This document shows, piece by piece, positions 12,232 to 24,200 of a stretch of DNA of 64,000 nt. The notes beneath the pieces were generated by a model that searched no databases, was not told the origin of the DNA, and saw only the letters and a list, made by a program, of their open reading frames with translations. Every line of letters starts with the position of its first letter. Position 1 is the first letter of the stretch. The translations under genes were made by a program, and so were the position numbers. The stretch is taken from assembly GCA_905178155.1 (NCBI GenBank), contig CAJINV010000006.1, forward strand, positions 3,906,130 to 3,970,129, read 5' to 3'. The DNA is from Amoebophrya sp. A120 (Eukaryota; Protista; Dinoflagellata).

Positions 12232-12950
12232 CAAGGCTTCGCATCCGGCTGGAAAATGACGCCAATGTAGGTCGTATGGATTGCAAAAATGTCTGGGTCT
12301 GGAAGAATGCAGGAGTTTGTCATACAGATTTTGCATCACCCATGAGGTCTGTGATGCTGGCCGAGCATCAGAGATTTTGCGAGGGCTTTCTGATGCTCAT
12401 ACCGCATGAGAAATGCCCTCTCCGCGTAGCACAAATTGCACCTCTTTTGCTCTTCATGCAATACAGTTTTTATGTAGATTCCAAGTGTAGCAACACAAGT
12501 TGTATCCTTCCAGACCCAGAAATTTTTACATTTGATAGGTCGGTATGGTTTCGATCGTGATCCCGTCGCTGGATATGGATGTGTCAGGATTGAAATCGAC
12601 GAAGATGAAATAACTTGCAATGCATAAAATAGATGAAAATTGTAACCCAGATTCCAAGTGGTGCATGACAACTTTGAGTAAGGCCGAAATCCAGTTTGTC
12701 GTCCTGTTTGGGTAAGGAAGACGCCTTTTGTCATGCTACTTTAGCAGCTCAGTTTCATTCTACTCCTCAACAGGCTTACAATCTGCCTCACTTGCCTACT
12801 CTGCAAGACATGCACTTTGTGGGCTGCATTTTATGCATGACAAACTCTTTCAACTTGAACTTTGACGATTTCAATCCTGACATTCACTCCCATACTGGAC
12901 TTCTTGAAAATGAACACGTCGCCCTCGTACCCACTCGTGTCGCCAACGTT
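12232..12950 (-). pseudogene. 3'-terminal fragment of the PIMT-like gene (copy 1)
   Basis: Encodes NVGDTSGYEGDVFIFKKSSDGITIETIPTYIGVIFQPDAKP*, near-identical to the ends of copies 2 and 3. Homology stops near 12950. Confidence 0.6.
12574..12894. mobile_element. Introner family G (representative; 3 copies)
   Basis: TIR TATGG..TGTCAGGATTGAAATCG; TSD CTGGA with an empty site at ~16280. Other copies: 10670-11008, 17955-18273. Confidence 0.85.
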
Positions 12951-13609
12951 AACAAGTGCCGCTCTTTGCGAAGTGCGTACTGCGCTTGAAGATGGACCGC
13001 GGCTACTGCTTCTGCTCAGTGTTTCAACACAGCTACCGTCGTTGGCACCTACCACCTACTTCCTTACTTAGAGGTGGTATGATTATTCCTCAACATTCGG
13101 ATGGCGTCTCCTCCAGAGGCTGCTCGGCCCTGTCCTGCTTGTTGGTCCCATACGGACCACCGTTGGGTCGAGCTCTCCCGCTTCGCTCCTTCCAAGCCGC
13201 ATGAGCTCCTCCCCATACTGCTTTGCTTCCAAGACCCTGCTCCGTACTTCCCGGTCCCTGCTATCCCGAAGCAACTCTCCCTGACGCTGCCGGCGGTCTC
13301 TTTCCGCCGCTCGTCGTGCTTCCTCTTGTTCCCTCGCCACAGTTCTGGGAAAAACAAGAGAGCGAATCCCTTGGCAGCAGCTATTATATACCCTGAATAA
13401 GTTATCATGTAACCGTTCTTGTAAAAAAGTGAATGCTGTTGCAATAAATGGCAGAAAAATTGGGGTTAGTGAGTACAGGCTGCATGTAATTATGCACAGT
13501 GTCACTTTTTCACGTCAAAAATGCATGTGCCATTTATTTTTTCACGCGCCATCACGTTCTTCTATCAGCGAAGGAAGCTGCGAGAAGATCTTCCGTGAAG
13601 TATTTCACT

Positions 13610-14990
13610 TTAGTACGAGTACGATACGGACACAACTTCTACGCAGCATATTGGCTCTGTCCTTAGCTCCGATCTCGCCACAGAGAGCTGCATTGCTGCG
13701 GAAGGAATCGTACCACCGTTGTTCCCATCGTCCTCTGCGGTTGCGGACGCACTCGCCGTCTGCGCAAAACTGCTTCTCGACATCGCTGGCGTCGCCGTGG
13801 TACTTGCTGCGCAAGTCACCGAAATCTCCGCTAGGGAAGCTACCCCGTCGTCATTCGTGTCGAACTCCGTCATGCACGTTTCTGCAGGAGTTGCAGTTGT
13901 TTCATCACCAGCCGAAGAGCTGCTGACATCTTCAACCCGCTGCGTGTCATGATTCTTGTTCCGAATCCCCATTTCGGCGACGAATTTCTGCATTTCCGCC
14001 ATATCCAACCGCTGATCACCGTTCAAATCGAAGACCAAAACCGTCCTGCCGTACTGGTACGCGTCGAAGTTGTAGAGCAGAAATGGAGCCTCATACTGGA
14101 AGTGCCGCATCAGTATCTGGGAGAGGTCGACGTGTAAGTAGTACATTGAAATTTCATTCATTCCCATCTACTTGCTGTTGCAGTGCTACTTTTACAATAC
14201 TAGACGCCACGCGCTTGTTGCGTGAGTAGATTAGTACACACGATTTTACAACATGATGGGCCGTTCAGATAAACATGAGCGAAACTTCTGTCATCGCCCT
14301 GGAGATGCAGACGCACGTGCACCAAAAGCAAGAAGTAGTATTTGTACCTGCATTCCCTGCAGCTCCACCGACGGGACCTGCTTCAGCATCTGGTTCTCCA
14401 TAGAAACCGTAGTCGCCACGTAAGTCGACCACTGTCCCTGGAAATGACTCAACTGCAGGTCGGTCATCGCGTCGAGGGAGGTCGCCTCCACATGATTAGT
14501 TTGCAGAAGGCTCGCAGTTCTTGTGGTGGACGAAAATAAGGACCAGCTCCTGGGGTTAGTCTTCTTGTTGGGCAAAGTCAAACTCGTCCTTGTTGTCCCT
14601 CCAAAGACGGTAGTTCCGTCAGGCAGTAGAGTGGAGGTGCTCCTCGGGGAATTGAAAGAACCATCTGCACCTGCTCCGCCCAAGCCAATATCACCTTCCT
14701 GCTCGCCAAGCTCAGCAACGACATCGGTGGCCGCGTCCTCCTCGATGTGGATCATGTGGTCCTCTGATACAACAAGACCACCAACACGGTCTTCATCCTG
14801 CAGCTGCTGCTGGATCACAGATTTGGGACTGTGCTGCAGTGCAGCCGTGAAAAAGTGCCAGTTCAACGGACTCGACATGTCGACGAAGGTGGCACTGTGG
14901 TACAGCGCCGCAAGCCCGGCGGTCCCGCCAAGCAATTCGAAGACACAAGGAGGTGGTCTCGTTCTTACACTTCCTGGTCGCGCCGCCATC
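13610..14990 (-). CDS. EF-hand calcium-binding protein (boundaries uncertain)
   Basis: EF-hand loops DLNGDQRLDMAE and DTNDDGVASLAE in ORF 13610-14167. Probably joined to ORF 14291-15151 by an intron at ~14135-14348. Confidence 0.55.
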
Positions 14991-15896
14991 TTGCTGGAGT
15001 CAGCACTTGTTAGATTGCTTTCACTAGGAAAAAAAATGGCGGCTTTTTTTTTGCAATTTTCCTGTATTTGACGCGTCTTTTTTGTTTTTCTGTATTGTTC
15101 TGACAAGGCCGCGAAAATTGACGAGATTATCAGTAGCAGCGAGCGATACATATGATAGGTGGTTTATCATTCATTCTTCCTCTTTGGTTGGCGGGGAATA
15201 AAGCAACAGAGTTCATACAAAAACTTCTTTTTCACGACAATCTCACGACAGAAAAGCGAGTCTGGCTGACATCCTCCCACGGCGACATTGTTGAATACTT
15301 ACTCGATATTATACGAAGAGAGCACGACGTTGCCGTTGTCCCTGACGAAATGAGCACAACCAAGTACAACCTTCATCTACTACGAAACTCCTTCAACGAG
15401 TATTGGTATTCCCGTGACAAACGAATAACGATGATCCGAGCATATCTCTTTTTCTTTGAAGATGTTCATCGTGCTTGACTGCAGTTTTAACTTTACTCGA
15501 CGAAATTCTGATTCTTATTCTTTTTCACGTCCTTACATTTTTAAAAACACAAATCCGCCGTCGTGGTCCCTTGAACCGTCTTTCATCAAAATCGTCCTCA
15601 AACTTCCGCTTCTGAATTTGATGATTTTCTGTCTGTTCATACGCATGAAGATTTTTCTTCCGGAACAACCAGAACCAAGCACAGTGGGGGAAAAACTATA
15701 GCTTGTCTCCACTTCGTTTGCCGACGTCTCGTCGAAACTATATTACACAGCACGCGCGTATAGATTTCCATTCATTTACCCCAGCTCCTGGCGGTCTCTG
15801 CGGAACCGATGTGTCGACCGTAGAAGTGCGCAAATACCACCGTGAGCCGCAACTAGCTAGTCCGCAGCAAGTCATCTACTTCATCGATCGCGCCCC

Positions 15897-17850
15897 TTAA
15901 GGCTTCGCATCCGGCTGGAAAATGACGCCAATGTAGGTATCAAAAGGAAAAATCCGTCCTCCCCATATCGAAAACGAGACTTGTGATGCTGTATTTGAGT
16001 ACACAAATCGACTTGTAATGCTGGAAGGCCAAGAGCCGCAGTTGTGGCCTCGGGTGCAGGCAATTTGTCATGCTGTTTCCCACTAAGTGGCTCTCTGTCA
16101 TGCTGAAGGCGCAAGGTTTTCCCACGCCAGCCAGCACTACCCTCCGCATGTCTTTCCTTCTAGCATGACAGAGCTGATTTGTCACCACGAATCTGCATCA
16201 CAGATCTTCGTTTTGATATGGGGTGGGGGGATTTTTCATTTTGATAGTAGGTCGGTATGGTATCGATCGTCTCCCCGTCGCTCGACTTCTTGAAAATGAA
16301 CACGTCGCCCTCGTTATGCATTGCAAATGTGTCTGGATCTGGATCTGGAAGGATGCGAAGTTTGTCATGCACATTCTGCATGACCCAGCATTACAGGTTT
16401 TTTGAGGGCTTAATGCCTATCCCGCATGAGAAACACCCTCTCCGCGTAGAAAAAACTACTGGACTCCTCTTGCTGCTCATGCAATACAGATTTTTTTAGA
16501 ATCCACAGGTAGCATCACAAATTCCATTCTTTCCAGACATCCAGGGTGGATATTTGCAGTGCATACTCGTACCCACTCGTGTCCCCGACGTTCAGCACTA
16601 TCAAAATGAAAAGTCTCCCGCTCCCACATCGAAGTGGAAGTCTCTGATGCGGGATCTGTGTACACAAATCAGCTCTGTCTTGCAGTGAGGCACAACTGCA
16701 GGCAAAGCATAAGCCTGCGTAGGGGTGTTTTGGTGTAAGTGCTTCGCATAGTAGAGGCCTGCCATGTAAGCGCAACAGCATTACAAATCGCCTGCATAAG
16801 GCGGCGGATTTTTTGCCTTCGCCCTCTTGCAAGAAGAGAGACAGGATCTTCTGTGGTCACAAATCAGCATGACAGATTTTATTTACAGGTATACCTTTTC
16901 AGCATGGGCGGGAGGGGGAATTTTTACTCGCAATAAGCACCGCAATGCCGTCTGGATTCAGGTTGTTCATTGCATATTTCTTCGCGTTCTTCTCGCTCAT
17001 CATGTATCCCCCGTGCAATCGGTCGTACTTTTTCCCCGTCGGCAGATTGTCATTCACCGCCCCGGCGTAATAGCTCGGCAACTGCACGACATTCGGCGCG
17101 ATTTTATGCATTGCAAATATGGCTGGGTCTGGAAGATTGGAACTACTTGTCTTCATGCTAAATCCTTCCGAATCATGCAAAAAGAAAAATCTGTGTTGCA
17201 GGAATGGCAAAAGCTGTCCACTTTCGACCAAGTTTGGAGGGGATTTCTCATGCAGGATATTAGCCATGACAGAGACCTCACAGAGTCTGTCATGCTAGGT
17301 CCCGCATTCCAGATTTGATGGGTCATGGAAAACCTGCATGACAAGTGGCCTAGCAATTATCTTGCAGACGTCCAGTGAGATTTGCAGTTGATAGATTTCG
17401 TGCAGTCGCAACTTGTTTTTCGCAAAGTCCGCAGATATCTCGTATGCATTTCAAAAATGTCTGGGTCTGGAAACTTGTGATGCTAAAATGTGGATGATGC
17501 AGACAGTTCCGAATGCAGCAACCCAGCATGACAATTTTCCGGAACGCTTTCTCATAGGCAATCCGCATGAGAAGTTGCGTTTTTGCATGTACAAAAGAGG
17601 CTGCGACTTTTGTTGGTTATGCCATACAGATTTTCTAGGTATGGAAAGCTAGCATTACAAGTTCCAACCTTCCACACCCAGACACTTTTACAATCCATAT
17701 CTCGGTGGGTTATGCCAGAAGTGCACAACGGCTTCCCTCCCTTGTCTTCCTAATTTGTCATGTAAAGACACCAATTTTTACCAGCATCGACTACAGCATT
17801 GTAGTTGTAGCATTCTCTGGCATGACAAGTAGCAGCACGAAGACGAACCA
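15897..17850 (-). pseudogene. Tandem partial duplicate (3' half) of the PIMT-like gene (copy 2) with 5 private introners
   Basis: Exonic sequence is near-identical to 17880-19100. It is truncated inside the family-I intron near 17850; AAGTCATCTACTTCATCG recurs at ~15869 and ~17852. Confidence 0.65.
15938..16246. mobile_element. Introner family E (representative; ~7 copies including divergent ones)
   Basis: TIR TATCAAAAKGAAAAATCC; TSD GTAGG with an empty site at ~17915. Other copies: 16599-16935, 28195-28517, 40215-40534, 40696-41008, 50228-50475, 59911-60297. Confidence 0.85.
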
Positions 17851-17879
17851 AAAGTCATCTACTTCATCGATCGCGCCCC

Positions 17880-20292
17880 TTAAGGCTTCGCATCCGGCTG
17901 GAAAATGACGCCGATGTAGGTCGGTATGGTTTCGATCGTGGTCCCGTCGCTGGATATGGATGTGTCAGGATTGAAATCGACGAAGGTGAAATAGCTTGCA
18001 ATGCATAAAATGGATGAAAATTGTAACCCAGATTCTAAGTGGTGCATGACAACTCTGAGTAAGGCCGAAATCCAGTTTGTCGTCCTGTTTGGGTAAGGAG
18101 GACGCCTTTTGTCATGCTACTTTAGCAGCTCAGTTACAGTTTCTACTTCTCAACAGGCTTACAATCTGCCTCACTTGTCTACTCTGCAAGACAGGCACTT
18201 TGTAGGCTGCATCTTATGCGTGACAAACTATTTCAACTTGAACTTTGACGATTTCAATCCTGACACTCTCATACTGGACTTCTTGAAAATGAACACGTCG
18301 CCCTCGTACCCACTCGTGTCCCCGACGTTCAGCACCGCGATGCCGTCTGGATTCAGATCATCAAGTGTAAATATGTCTGGGTCTTGAGACTTGTGATGCT
18401 AAAGTATAGATAAGACTGGCGCTTTCAAGTGCAGCCAAGCATGACAAGTTTACTTGACGCCGTCTGCTGCATAGCACGCTCACACATGTCATGACAAGCT
18501 CCGTTTTTGCATGACGACAAAGTGGCGCCTTTCTACAACTTGCTGGATGTGCAATACAGATTTTTCAGGAATGCAAGACATGCAACACAAGTTCCACTTC
18601 TCCAGACCCAGACATATTTGAGATGCATACAGGTTGTTCATTGCATATTTCTTCGCGTTCTTCTCGCTCATCATGTACCCCCCGTGCAATCGGTCGTACT
18701 TTTTCCCCGTCGGCAGATTGTCATTCACCGCCCCGTATCCTGTGCAAAACTATCGTACTCGAAGTAATTGCAGTCATGCATTACAAATTTTTTTCTTACG
18801 GTAAATCCGCATGACAAATTTTATTTCCCATGCTGAGGAAATTTGTCATGCATTGATACGAATACGATACTTTTGAGTTCATACCCCAGAGTAATAGCTC
18901 GGCAACTGCACGACGTTCGGCGCGATTTCGTGCAGTCGCAACTTGTTTTTCGCAAAGTCAGCAGATATCTCGGTGGGTTATGCCAGAAGTGCACAACGGC
19001 TTCCCTCCCTCGTCTTCCTAATTTGTCATGTAAAGACACCAATTTTTACCAGCATCCACTACAGCATTGTACTTGTAGAATTCTTCGGCATGACAAGTAG
19101 CAGCACGAAGTAGATGAACCCACTGAAGATCCCTACCAGCATCCAGACATGGGCTGGTTTTTCTGGTATAGATAGAATGGAATCCCATTCATCTTGAGGC
19201 TAGTACCGCGATGTATTTCTGCCACTGGAGGTCCTCCTCTTGTTTTCAAATACGCAGGACGACACTACAGAGCCGTTCTTGTGCACTCTCTTCATAGTGA
19301 CTTTTTGTGGTACTCAAACCCATCGACGACGCTGCAGCCGAAATACGCAAACGTGTTGGCCTATCAAATGCAAAAACGTCTGGGTCTGGATGAGTACAAG
19401 GTTTGTCATGCATATTTTCCATAAGGCATGATGTCTGTGATGCATGCCTGGCATCACAGATTCTGCGAGAGCTTTCTGATGCTCCTACCGCATGAGAAAT
19501 CCCCTCTTTGCGTAGCAACAAGTGGACCTCTTTTCCTGTTCATGCAATACAGGTTTTTTTAGCATCCAAATGCAGCATCACAAGTTGCACCCTTCCAGAC
19601 CCAGACATTTTTACATTCCATATGGCCGTAATCCCGCATCCAGACCCCAGATCCGCAATCGTCTGTCCCCGTTGCAGCTCCAGCATCTGCAGCATCCTGC
19701 GGTTTAGACTCGCTTGGGACAGGTTGGACTCGCTGTTCTGAAATCTGGGCACCACCTGTGAGCTGTCCGTGTAGTGCCCCCGCACGAAGTTGTAAGCGTC
19801 CGTCAGTGTGCAGTTTCCGGGCTCCGGGTAGTTTGTAGTTCCGGATCCTGCTCGACGAGAGCTGCTCGTCGCCGTCCCATCGGTTGTGCTAGTATAATCG
19901 CCGGTGCCGCTAGCTGCAGTGGTTCCACCGCCGGAGAAAGCGGCGGCGCGCTGCAGCAAGTTCATATTGGAGGACAAACAGGGAGGAAAGACGAAATCAA
20001 GGAGCGTCGTTGCTGTAGCTGTGATAGCCAAGAACAAGCCCCTCGAGGACGTTGATCGCCCACGACCCACGATGAAACTGTAGTTCTTCTTGTGCGGATG
20101 ATGAAACAAAAAGCGGTTGTTCAGCCGGACTATCCGATGGTGATGATTATACTGGTTTTTGGTCGCCTGGAGCTGCTGGTGTTGAAGATACGAGGAGGAA
20201 TTATTGCACAAGGGCCGGGCCACACGCTCAACAGAGCTGCTGTACAGACTCTTCATCGACCAGGGTGGACATAGCAGCTTTCTCTTGGACAA
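17880..20292 (-). CDS. Class I SAM-dependent methyltransferase, protein-L-isoaspartate O-methyltransferase-like (copy 3, full length; start uncertain, ATG at 19965)
   Basis: MLQMLELQRGQTIADLGSGCG (motif I), ..GFEY..FAKNKL..YDRLHGG..NLNPDGIAVLNVG..GVIFQP*, matching the PIMT layout. Five introner introns. Confidence 0.7.
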
Positions 20293-21260
20293 TTTGATGA
20301 TGAATGTTTATCTTTCACTTCTTGTTCCACGGAAACGGACCACCCGTCGGTTTCACGGAGGTGAACATTCTTTTGAGAAACAAGAAAGATCAAGAGTTGT
20401 AGTTGTACAACTAGGAATACAACAAACAAAAAGGCTCTCGAGCAGGTCGTTGTGGTAGCGCTCTTATTGTTCATCCGCTGGACCACGACACGATAGCACC
20501 ATGCTAGTAAGTTTCACTTCTTCTACAACTTTTTATCGAGCAAATTTCGTCTACGGCAAAAAGGTTGTAAGTAGTAAGGCTCAGGACGACACACTGCTAA
20601 GAAAAGTACACGGTGAGTCACTGACACTGTAGGTGTGGAGCGCCGATGTCTTGTTCGCGCAGAGGAGCTGGTGTTCTACTGCATACTAGGGTGAACAACT
20701 TGATCTTCAGGTTGACTGAAGTTTTTCTTCTATCTATTTTGATTTCCTCTCTTTCTAGTCATGCGCCTGCGCGTCGGGAAATATTACCAGAGTGCGCTGT
20801 CCTAGTTTTTACACTTAATTCGCGATTTTTTCATCTGACAAGAACCGGGAAAATAACAAATTACAGCCGCGCGTCTGCGCTGCCTTTTCCCAGAACCCGA
20901 CCGATAGTTTGGTTTTGATGTTGGGACTTAGAAGCCGATAATCGACACGATGGGCACATTTCTATCTGCTTCGGAACATCACGACAGGGCTCTAGCAACT
21001 GGAATTTTACCGCGATGAGTCAAAGGCTCTTTTTTTATCTTTTGTATACGAAGAGTACGAGCTGTGTCTCCTGCTGTACTAGCTTTTTATCTCATTCCTC
21101 CATGGGTGTGATTTTTCAACTGCAACTTCTCCTTTCAACACGTTTTTCCGTTCTGTTTTTCAGTCGGTTCATCTTGAAAAAATCGCATTCGCTCCTGCAG
21201 CTCAAAGAGCCGCATGACGAAGACCGGCACTAGTACAACTGCTTCTCTCACGTACTATCC

Positions 21261-24200
21261 TCATTCCAGCCTTCGTTTCTTCAAAGCTGGCGCGACCCCA
21301 CTTGCGGTTACCGAGGGCTCCGTTCCCGCTGCCTCCCCGCCGAAATACGCTGTTGGCGGAAACCCGGAACCAAAAACGTCGCTGTTTGGCTCTTTGTTCG
21401 CGTAGTTGCCTTTCTTCCCACCCCCGCCGCCGCCCTTGAAGGGATCCGACTTGTTGATGTTTCCGGCGCCCTTGAAGTTCTTGCTCATCGTCCCGTCTTT
21501 GGAGCCATAAAAATGCGGCCCACCAGATGAGAAGTCATAGTTGTTCTTCCCCTGTGGTCCTTTCATATTCGCTCCCATGTTGTGCTGGTCGCCAGTAGTA
21601 ACACCACTCGAGGAAGAAAAATTCTTGCCACCAGCATTCCCTTGGTCGTTTGTCTTCATGGGCCACACGACATTGTTCACGTTGCTGTGCAGCTCCACGC
21701 GGTCTGCATAGAATTCGCCGGGCTTTTTCTGGTTCCGGTGGATCGTGAAACGCACCAGACAGGGAATTTTCGTGCTCTGCAGCCAGTTGCCGATTGCGGG
21801 GTCCGAGCAGTCCGGGGCGAAATTCCCCAGTAGTTGCTGCTCCGCAATGTAGCGCTCGCGCAGGCCGTAGATTTTGTACTGCAGCGTGAACAGGTCCCGG
21901 TCTTCCGCGATAAAAAAATGCGACTTGATAAAACCCGACTTTCCAGCTTGAAACCGCGCCAGCGTGCCGACGATCCGCAGCCGGGGGTTCTTCTCGCACT
22001 CCTCCGCCCACTTTTCGAAGGATTTCGGGTGCTTAAATTCGTTCGGATGGACGAGCAGCATGGTAAGCGGAGCGTTGTTGTTCAATACGTCTCTTTGGCC
22101 CGGCAGCGATATCGGCGGCACCACCACGTCGATTCGCCCATTGTCCTTCCCCTTTTTCTATGCATTGCAAAAAGAATGGGATCTGTCATGCTAACTTTCG
22201 AGTATACAAAAACCTGTTTTGCATCCGTAGCGAAAGGAACTCAGATTTTTGTTGCCAACCGGAGAACGCATCTCTCATGCACGATAGGCATGAGGAAGCC
22301 TTCGCAAAAGCTGTGATGCTAGAGCATGCATCACAGGCATCGCGGGTCATCATGCTCAACATGTACGATTTGCATGACAAACTGACTCCCCCAATGTAGT
22401 TCCAGACCCAGACATATATTACATTTGATATTTTCCCCGACTGCTGATCGCCGGGTTTTCCAAGAGCGCCGCCCTTGTTTTTGCCGCTTTGATCTCCCTG
22501 CTTGTTTATTCCGAAGGTTGTTGTAGTACTATTTGTGGAGCCTTTGTCAAAGGATTTCGATGTGCTAGTTTGCAAGATCTGCGAAGTAGAGGAGGACGAT
22601 CCGACACCTCCTGGAGGGATCTTCAGAGTGGTACTGCTACTGCCAGAAGCTCCTGCCGCTGTCTCTGGTCCTCCAATCGTACTGTCTAAGAGCTTGTCCT
22701 GCTCCTCCCGCTTCTCTTTTTCGTCTCGCTCCTGCTCCGCTTTCAACTCTTCGGTGTTGTTATGCTGTGCAAAAGTAGTACCGCACGTGGTAGCAGAAAT
22801 TATGATTATCGCATGAGAAATTTCTTGCCCAGCATTTTTACAAATCAAATTTCGTAAAAAATTTTTATGTGCAGCTCTACCTTGAGAAAGAGATTGGTAA
22901 AAATTATGCGTGACTGCCACTAGTACGAGTTGTGCGATGCCTTTTGCAATTCATACATGTCAAATGTAAAGGGGTTGTTGGTGTCCAGCTGTTCTTGACC
23001 TCCCAACAGCATGTCGACACTGTTGTCGTCATTATCCTTCGAGAACGACGCAGTGGTCACCTTCACAGGGGCAGCGGCCTTGCTCAGCGGCTGCGAAGAG
23101 GAAGAAGAGGAAGCAGTAGGGGCGGTATAAGTATTTTTTGCAACCGTGTTGTGCTGCTGGTTTCCCTCTACTTCATCACCGCCTGCTGGCGCTTGCTGAT
23201 TACTCGTCGTCGCCGCCGCCGCCGGCGCTCCGGGAGTCGCAGTGGTTATCAACTGTAAAAATGTCTGGGTCTGGAAACTTGTGATACTAAAATGTGCATG
23301 ATGAAAACACTTCCGAATGCAGTCCGGCATGACAACTTCCCAAAACGCTTTCTCATAGGCAATTCGCATGAGAAGCTGCGTTTTTGCACGACAAAAGAGG
23401 CTGCGACTTTTGTCGGTTATGCAATACAGATTTTCTAGGTATGGAAAGCTAGCATTACAAGTTGCATTCTTCCAGACCCAGACATTTCTACAATCCATAG
23501 TCGTCGTCGTACTACCAACCAGCACAGCATCCCCGTTTTCGTCCAGCTTGGTCCAGATGTCGCACCCCACGGTCGGGTTCGACTCCCGATTCAGCGTCAT
23601 CTCGTCGTGAAACTCGATCTTTTCCGCCAGAAACTTATGGCGTTCTCAAACGTTACATTCTCAACTGTGTCTGTGACCACAACATGAATTTGTCATGCAA
23701 AACTACCTTGAGCCGGTAGATGATCAAGCTGCTTCGCATGACAAATCTCCGAAGGGCTAAACAGCGTCTAAATCCGTGCTGCCAAATCTGTAATGCGAAA
23801 GCAGTAAGCTTACGCCTTTGACTGTTGCGCCTCTTGCATCACAAATTCATGTAACAGTTGAGAATGTAACGTTTGAGAACGCCATAAAACTTGCCGGGTT
23901 GCTGCGGATTCCGGACCACGGTGAACCGGACCAGGGAGGGCAGCATGCTGGACTTCAGCCAGGGAATAATGGAATTCCGCATTTCTTCCTGCCTCTCCTC
24001 GGCCGTTGACGCCGCTGTCGCGGTCGCCTGATTTTTCACCGGCGCCGACGAAAACGGATTGCTCAGCGCTTGTTGTTGCCCGTGATCATGGACGTCGTCC
24101 GAAAAATTCTTGTCTGGCGGTGGAAGATGAACTAACCCCGCGGCAGCTCCCAGCACTTCATCCCCTACTTTCGACTGCTCTTTTTCCGACACGTGTCCGG

